Source: Candidatus Magasanikiibacteriota bacterium (GTDB lineage Bacteria > Patescibacteriota > Patescibacteriia > Magasanikbacterales > UBA10003). Taken from it: a DNA stretch of 45,520 nucleotides. The position numbers and the translations under genes were made by a program. The stretch is taken from NCBI GenBank assembly GCA_016214465.1, contig JACROI010000021.1, forward strand, positions 1-45,520. The letters run 5' to 3'. Below the pieces are notes generated by a model. It did not search any database, was not told the origin of the DNA, and saw nothing but the letters and a program-made list of their open reading frames with translations. This document shows, one piece after another, positions 41,148 through 45,520 of this stretch; the first letter of the stretch is position 1; every line of letters starts with the position of its first letter.

Positions 41148-41549
41148 TTATGCCGGCTGCATCTGCCTTGCTTTTACCAATTCTCGCTCCAAAACAGCCA
41201 CCCGCTTCTTTAATTCTTCTATTTCAAAAATCATCGCGTTGTCATCTTCCTGTGTTTTGTTCTCCAATTTTTTCAAACTCAACTTAATATCATCCAATTC
41301 TCTTCTCATGCCCGCCAACTCCATTCTTATCGCAGATAGTTGACTTTCCACCTCTTTAAACCCATTTTTCATTTCCTCTTTTGTCGCAAATGCCTTCAAA
41401 TCATCTTTCGTGACCATTGTCGTCCCCATTGTCTCGCAAATAAAATGCAGAATCTCTTCATGCTCATCAAATTTTTTTCCGTGCTCCTCAAGCACTTTCC
41501 CTTGCGCCTCCAGTAACTTAATTATTTTTTGCGTATCTTGATTTTTCAT
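41148..41549 (-). CDS. Coiled-coil hypothetical protein (133 aa)
   Basis: Start chosen at MKNQDTQKIIKLLEAQ. Heptad-rich sequence LSAIRMELAGMRRELDDIKLSLKKLENK...IEELKKRVAVLERELVKA. Confidence 0.5.
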   Translation of the reverse strand: MKNQDTQKIIKLLEAQGKVLEEHGKKFDEHEEILHFICETMGTTMVTKDDLKAFATKEEMKNGFKEVESQLSAIRMELAGMRRELDDIKLSLKKLENKTQEDDNAMIFEIEELKKRVAVLERELVKARQMQPA

Positions 41550-41624
41550 AGTTTTTATATTATACCACCAAACTAAAACCCACGTCAACAATCAAAACTT
41601 AGCAAACTTAGTTACTTAGTAAAC

Positions 41625-43046
41625 TTAGCTAACTTCAAAATATTTCCTCGCTAACTCCCCCACTCTCTCATTCATCTGCTCAACCCTCAGTGGCGGTGTT
41701 TCGCCGGATTTTTCTATTAACTCAATCACCACTTTCAAAATATATTTCATGCCGGGAATAATGTGGCGGTTTCGGTCTTCGGCGTAAGAAAAACGAATAT
41801 AGCCCGCGCCCATTTTGCCGAAATCAGACCCAGAAAGGGTGGCTATTCCCTTTTCGTACAACAACCAATTACGCAATTCAACATCACTTGTTATTTTTAA
41901 TTCTTCGTGCACATATTTCAAATTCAAAACTCTCTGAAAACTAGGAAACAGATAAAACGCGCCTTCGGCTTCGTTGCAAACTATATACGATTTTAACAAA
42001 TTTAAACATTCGGAAACAAATCCGCCTTTTTTTTCATATTCAATAAAATCTTTGTTAATAATCGCCTGCACTTCATCTTTCACGCTTTTATATTCAAAAC
42101 CGTCCAAAGTTACGTCGCCGAAAATCGCGCCGGCGACAATCTGTTCCATCCGATTGACATTGCTCCATTTGTTAATTGCCAGCCGGCCGAAAATTTCTAT
42201 CACCCATTCCGGCGCGATGATAAATCCCAACCGCCAGCCGGTCATCGCGTAATTTTTTGAATAACCGTTCAAATTAATCGTCCAATCCAGCATGCCCGGA
42301 ATGGAAAGAAAACTGTATTGTTTCTTGCCGCCAAAAACAATCTGGTCGTAAATATCATCAAATATCACAAAGAATTTATATTTTTTAACTAATTCAGCGA
42401 TGGCTTCCAATTTTTCTTTGCCAACAATCATTCCGGTTGGATTTTGCGGCGTGTTCAAACACAAAATCTTGATTTGATTGTTCTCCGCCAATAATTTTTC
42501 CAAATCCCCAACTCTAAATTCTAAAGTTTTACCCTGAGCGATAGCCGAAGGGCTTTCATCCTTATGCGCTTGCCAGCGCAATACCCCGTCGTGATTGTTA
42601 AACTCTGCCAAAGATTCGTAAACCGGATACCCAGGATCCTGCACAATAATTTTATCGCCCGGAGCAACCAATGCCTGTAACATCAGCTCAATCACCGGCT
42701 TGCCGCCTGGTTGGAGCAAAACATTTTCTTTTTTAATTTCCACGCCTCTGGTTTCGCTCCAGTATTTCGCGATGTTCTCCCGAACCTGCGGATAACCGGC
42801 AAAGTGGCCGTATTTTGTCTGTTTGTTTTTCAAGGCCTGAATCGCAACTTCAATAATCGGCTCCGGCGTGGTCGGCCCAGTATCGCCGACATGAAACTTG
42901 AAAATCTGCGGAAACTTTTTTGAATTCTCAACCGCAAGCACTTCCGCCCCAAAACCAAAAGCCGTCTCGGTGCCGAGGTAGTTTAGGTTGGGATTGATGG
43001 TAATGTTAGGAATGAAATTTTTGTCAGTGAGAAATTTTGGGAGCAT
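41625..43046 (-). CDS. Class I/II PLP-dependent aminotransferase
   Basis: Start chosen at MLPKFLTDK. NTPQNPTG and YSKNYAMTGWRLGF (PLP-lysine motif). Confidence 0.75.
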   Translation of the reverse strand: MLPKFLTDKNFIPNITINPNLNYLGTETAFGFGAEVLAVENSKKFPQIFKFHVGDTGPTTPEPIIEVAIQALKNKQTKYGHFAGYPQVRENIAKYWSETRGVEIKKENVLLQPGGKPVIELMLQALVAPGDKIIVQDPGYPVYESLAEFNNHDGVLRWQAHKDESPSAIAQGKTLEFRVGDLEKLLAENNQIKILCLNTPQNPTGMIVGKEKLEAIAELVKKYKFFVIFDDIYDQIVFGGKKQYSFLSIPGMLDWTINLNGYSKNYAMTGWRLGFIIAPEWVIEIFGRLAINKWSNVNRMEQIVAGAIFGDVTLDGFEYKSVKDEVQAIINKDFIEYEKKGGFVSECLNLLKSYIVCNEAEGAFYLFPSFQRVLNLKYVHEELKITSDVELRNWLLYEKGIATLSGSDFGKMGAGYIRFSYAEDRNRHIIPGMKYILKVVIELIEKSGETPPLRVEQMNERVGELARKYFEVS

Positions 43047-43133
43047 AAAAAAACACCAAACTCTAAACACTAAACTCTAAATAAACCCAAATGTACAAAA
43101 TACAAAATTTGAATTTTTAAATTTTGAACTTGT

Positions 43134-45317
43134 TTAGGATTTAGGGTTTAGGATTTTATTAATGATATCTCCTGGCGTTAACTTTGCAAGTTCATATACT
43201 TCCTTCGGATTTCCTGACTTCAAATAAGTATCAATCGCGATTGTCCGGCTGACATAATCTTTCGGCAATAAAAACGGATACAAAAATCCTTTCCAGCCGT
43301 TGTGAATCGTAATCGCCCGTTCGCGATCTTCATCTGAAAAAATCGCGTTGGCTTTTTCCGGATTATTTTTTCTCAATTCTTCAAACAGCTCCGGCGAAGT
43401 TACAGCAACGACTTTAACACTCAAACCCTGTTTCTCCAGCTCCGGCACCGCTTCCATCGTGTTTATCAAAGTTTGACTGCCGCACACCACCAACACAATC
43501 CGTTTGTCCGTAGTCCGTAGTCCGTAGTCCGTAGTCCGATAAAACACATAAGCGCCATCAGTAGCGTCTGACGCTTTTGAATTCCCAACTTTTCTATCAA
43601 ATACAACCGTGTCCGGCCGCGTTACTGACAACGCGATCGGCTCGCCCTTTTCCAGCGCGTAAAACAACATTTCAATTGTTTCGTTGGCATCCATTGGTTT
43701 ATAAACTTTAATTCCCGGGTAAGCGTTGTATATGCTCATCCAATACAAACCCTGATGCGTTGGACCATCCTCGCCGGTTTCCGGCCCATCATGCGCCGCG
43801 AGCAAAATAAAAAAACCTTTGGTTTTTGGATTCAAATGATTGCCGATCAAACCCAACCGCACGCAATTAGTCATCATGGAAGTGAACACGCCGTAAGATG
43901 AAAAAACCGAAATCGGCGCGCACCCGCCGGGCAATCTATCCATAGTCATGCCAACACTCATCATCGCCATATTTTGCTCGGCAATGCCGAAACGGATGCC
44001 GCGGCCGAGCGGATTATCGCGATTGATGTCGCCAAAAACATTTTCCGCTTTTTGCGTCAAAATTGATTTACTTAAATCCCCGCAGCCGGCCCAAAAAAAC
44101 GCGGTCTGCTTCATCAGCCATTCAAACCACGCTTGCGTGGCTTTTCTGGTAGCCACTTTCGTCCCCGCTTCAAAAACTAATTCTTCCGGCAGTTCTTTTG
44201 GCCGTTTAATTTCTATCGGATTAACGAATTTCCTGTCAACCAAAACTTTTTTCATCTGTTCAACTAATTCACTCTCCGGTTTAATTTTTAATTTTGCCTT
44301 TTCCAATCTTTCAACTATATATTCCGCCAATTCCGGCGTTAACGCTTGCGAAACTATTTCAATATCTTTTTTGACCTCGCCGGTAATAATAAAACCTAAA
44401 TTTTTCATCAATTCAACGTACTCTTCAGTCTTGGCCGGATTGCCATGCGAATCAGCGGTGTTTTCTTTGGCGCCATAAAACTTGCCCTTAATCGCGTGCG
44501 CTAAAATAACCGTCGGGCTTCCATTGTTAAATCCCTGCGCGGCTTTTTGATAAGCGTGAACCAGTTCCAAAATATTATGCCCGTCAACTTCAATTACATT
44601 CCAACCCATTCCCAGCCAGTGATTAATATATGGGGATAAAATAACTTCATTAATATTTCCGTCAATGCCAAAATGATTGTAATCAAGACTGACAATCAAA
44701 TTTGACGCGCCAACGGTATTTATAATATTGCGCGCTTCATAGCTCATGCCTTCCTCGCTTTCCGCGTCGCCCATAAATACAAAAACTTTCGTGTCCAAAC
44801 CGGACGAACGGTGCGCGATGGCCATCCCGCCCGCGGCTGATAAGCCATGTCCTGACGGACCTGTGGAAATATCTGACAGCGGATAATGATTTTCAATGTG
44901 ACCTTGCGGGCCATCAGGCCGGCGAAAACGAATTAAATCTTCGGGTAAAACCGCGCCCAATTTTTTCGCGTCAAATTTTTTTCCGGCCTTGCGCAGAGCG
45001 CCATATAATAAAGAAAGACCACCATACAAGCCCGGCGAACAATGTCCGGCCGACCACACCACTCTATCCCGCCCGGGATTTTTTGGGTCTAACGCGTCAA
45101 ACGCCATTACCCCGCCCAAAACTTTCGCCAAAAATATTTCTGTCTTTGAACTTGAACCGCCCGGGTGCCCGGACTTTGCCGCTTCAACCGCGCAAAACAT
45201 CAACCCGCGCATTATCCGCGCCGCCTCGCTGAATTTTTCCACGTCAATGCCTGGGATATTTTCCAATTGGGAACCTTGCAAATTTAAATATTCGCCACCC
45301 TGCATGTTATATGACAT
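43134..45317 (-). CDS. tkt: Transketolase (long form with linker insertion)
   Basis: SGHPGGS, GHGLSAAGGMA, FMGDAESEEG, FGIAEQNM, TGEDGPTHQ. Confidence 0.9.
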   Translation of the reverse strand: MSYNMQGGEYLNLQGSQLENIPGIDVEKFSEAARIMRGLMFCAVEAAKSGHPGGSSSKTEIFLAKVLGGVMAFDALDPKNPGRDRVVWSAGHCSPGLYGGLSLLYGALRKAGKKFDAKKLGAVLPEDLIRFRRPDGPQGHIENHYPLSDISTGPSGHGLSAAGGMAIAHRSSGLDTKVFVFMGDAESEEGMSYEARNIINTVGASNLIVSLDYNHFGIDGNINEVILSPYINHWLGMGWNVIEVDGHNILELVHAYQKAAQGFNNGSPTVILAHAIKGKFYGAKENTADSHGNPAKTEEYVELMKNLGFIITGEVKKDIEIVSQALTPELAEYIVERLEKAKLKIKPESELVEQMKKVLVDRKFVNPIEIKRPKELPEELVFEAGTKVATRKATQAWFEWLMKQTAFFWAGCGDLSKSILTQKAENVFGDINRDNPLGRGIRFGIAEQNMAMMSVGMTMDRLPGGCAPISVFSSYGVFTSMMTNCVRLGLIGNHLNPKTKGFFILLAAHDGPETGEDGPTHQGLYWMSIYNAYPGIKVYKPMDANETIEMLFYALEKGEPIALSVTRPDTVVFDRKVGNSKASDATDGAYVFYRTTDYGLRTTDKRIVLVVCGSQTLINTMEAVPELEKQGLSVKVVAVTSPELFEELRKNNPEKANAIFSDEDRERAITIHNGWKGFLYPFLLPKDYVSRTIAIDTYLKSGNPKEVYELAKLTPGDIINKILNPKS
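43506..43538. repeat. Heptanucleotide microsatellite (TCCGTAG) x ~4.6 inside tkt
   Basis: g tccgtag tccgtag tccgtag tccgtag tccg. It encodes RTTDYGLRTTD on the minus strand. Confidence 0.9.
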
Positions 45318-45342
45318 ATGACTAAATTTATAGATTGGATAT

Positions 45343-45371
45343 ATTATAAATTAGAGAGGAGAAAATTGCAA
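45343..45371 (-). promoter_or_regulatory. Putative tkt promoter
   Basis: On the minus strand: TTGCAA (45371-45366), 17-nt spacer, TATAAT (45348-45343). Confidence 0.45.
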
Positions 45372-45425
45372 CCACTCCATGTCAAGTACCCCTTTTCGTA
45401 GACATCTGTGGATAGGTGTTCTTTG

Positions 45426-45520
45426 TTATCTGGATGTGACTTTTAGGTAGAAGTTCTGGGGTGTCGTTTTGAGTCGGCTGTGTATTCTTTTGGTGTTGTA
45501 GTAGTGAATTTGGCGGTAAA
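45426..45520 (-). mobile_element. 3' end of a DDE (rve/integrase-core) transposase gene, truncated by the window edge
   Basis: The minus-strand frame reads YRQIHYYNTKRIHSRLKTTPQNFYLKVTSR*. This matches the typical C-terminal ..YYN..R.HS.L...TP..F motif of IS3/IS481-type transposases. Confidence 0.6.

Noticed and set aside
43133-43158. TTTAGGA-TTTAGGG-TTTAGGA, identical to the plant-type telomere repeat unit.
   Set aside because: There are only about 3.5 units. They lie in the last codons and stop of tkt (KILNPKS*) in a bacterial context. I regard this as a coincidental short heptamer tract; it is mentioned under the tkt microsatellite finding.
1-45520. Search for tRNA, rRNA, tmRNA, RNase P RNA and CRISPR arrays.
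   Set aside because: By eye I found no T-loop-like GGTTCRAATCC words outside coding sequence, no RNase P GAGGAAAGUCC, and no regularly spaced direct repeats with unique spacers. A tRNAscan or cmscan run would be needed for certainty.

Overview
This is a 45.5-kb, AT-rich, very gene-dense bacterial chromosome segment that uses the standard code, with TGA as a stop. It carries the ribosomal alpha operon infA-rpmJ-rpsM-rpsK-rpsD-rpoA-rplQ joined directly to rplM-rpsI. It also carries alaS, gltX, serS, lysS, mnmA, fmt-def, alr-ftsQ and tkt, a roughly 1,530-aa repeat-rich surface protein, many envelope-glycosylation genes, and shortened RpoA and AlaRS. This content suggests a small-genome Patescibacteria/CPR-like organism; that is inference only, because no database search was possible and all product calls rest on motifs read from the translations. 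Main observations: (1) A compact cobalamin riboswitch with a terminator (27.30-27.47 kb, minus strand) precedes an operon encoding two DUF4430 (transcobalamin-beta-like) domains, a surface-anchored alpha/alpha-toroid protein and a small 6-TM protein. This is a candidate undescribed corrinoid capture/uptake system. (2) The window is saturated with palindromic elements of at least four kinds. TGTCAT...GATC-type arms occur in at least 11 copies, several inserted in frame inside conserved genes such as mnmA, and one supplies a stop and a start codon. A 118-bp composite palindrome is present twice at 100% identity. A ~150-nt GC-rich structured element is present twice with compensatory substitutions. 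A 70-nt hairpin family has a conserved loop and covarying stems. (3) A GC-rich, self-contained OPT-transporter cassette is frameshifted. (4) A frameshift splits the giant surface protein. (5) tkt contains a heptanucleotide microsatellite, and an IS transposase fragment lies at the right edge. No rRNA, tRNA or CRISPR array was recognised.
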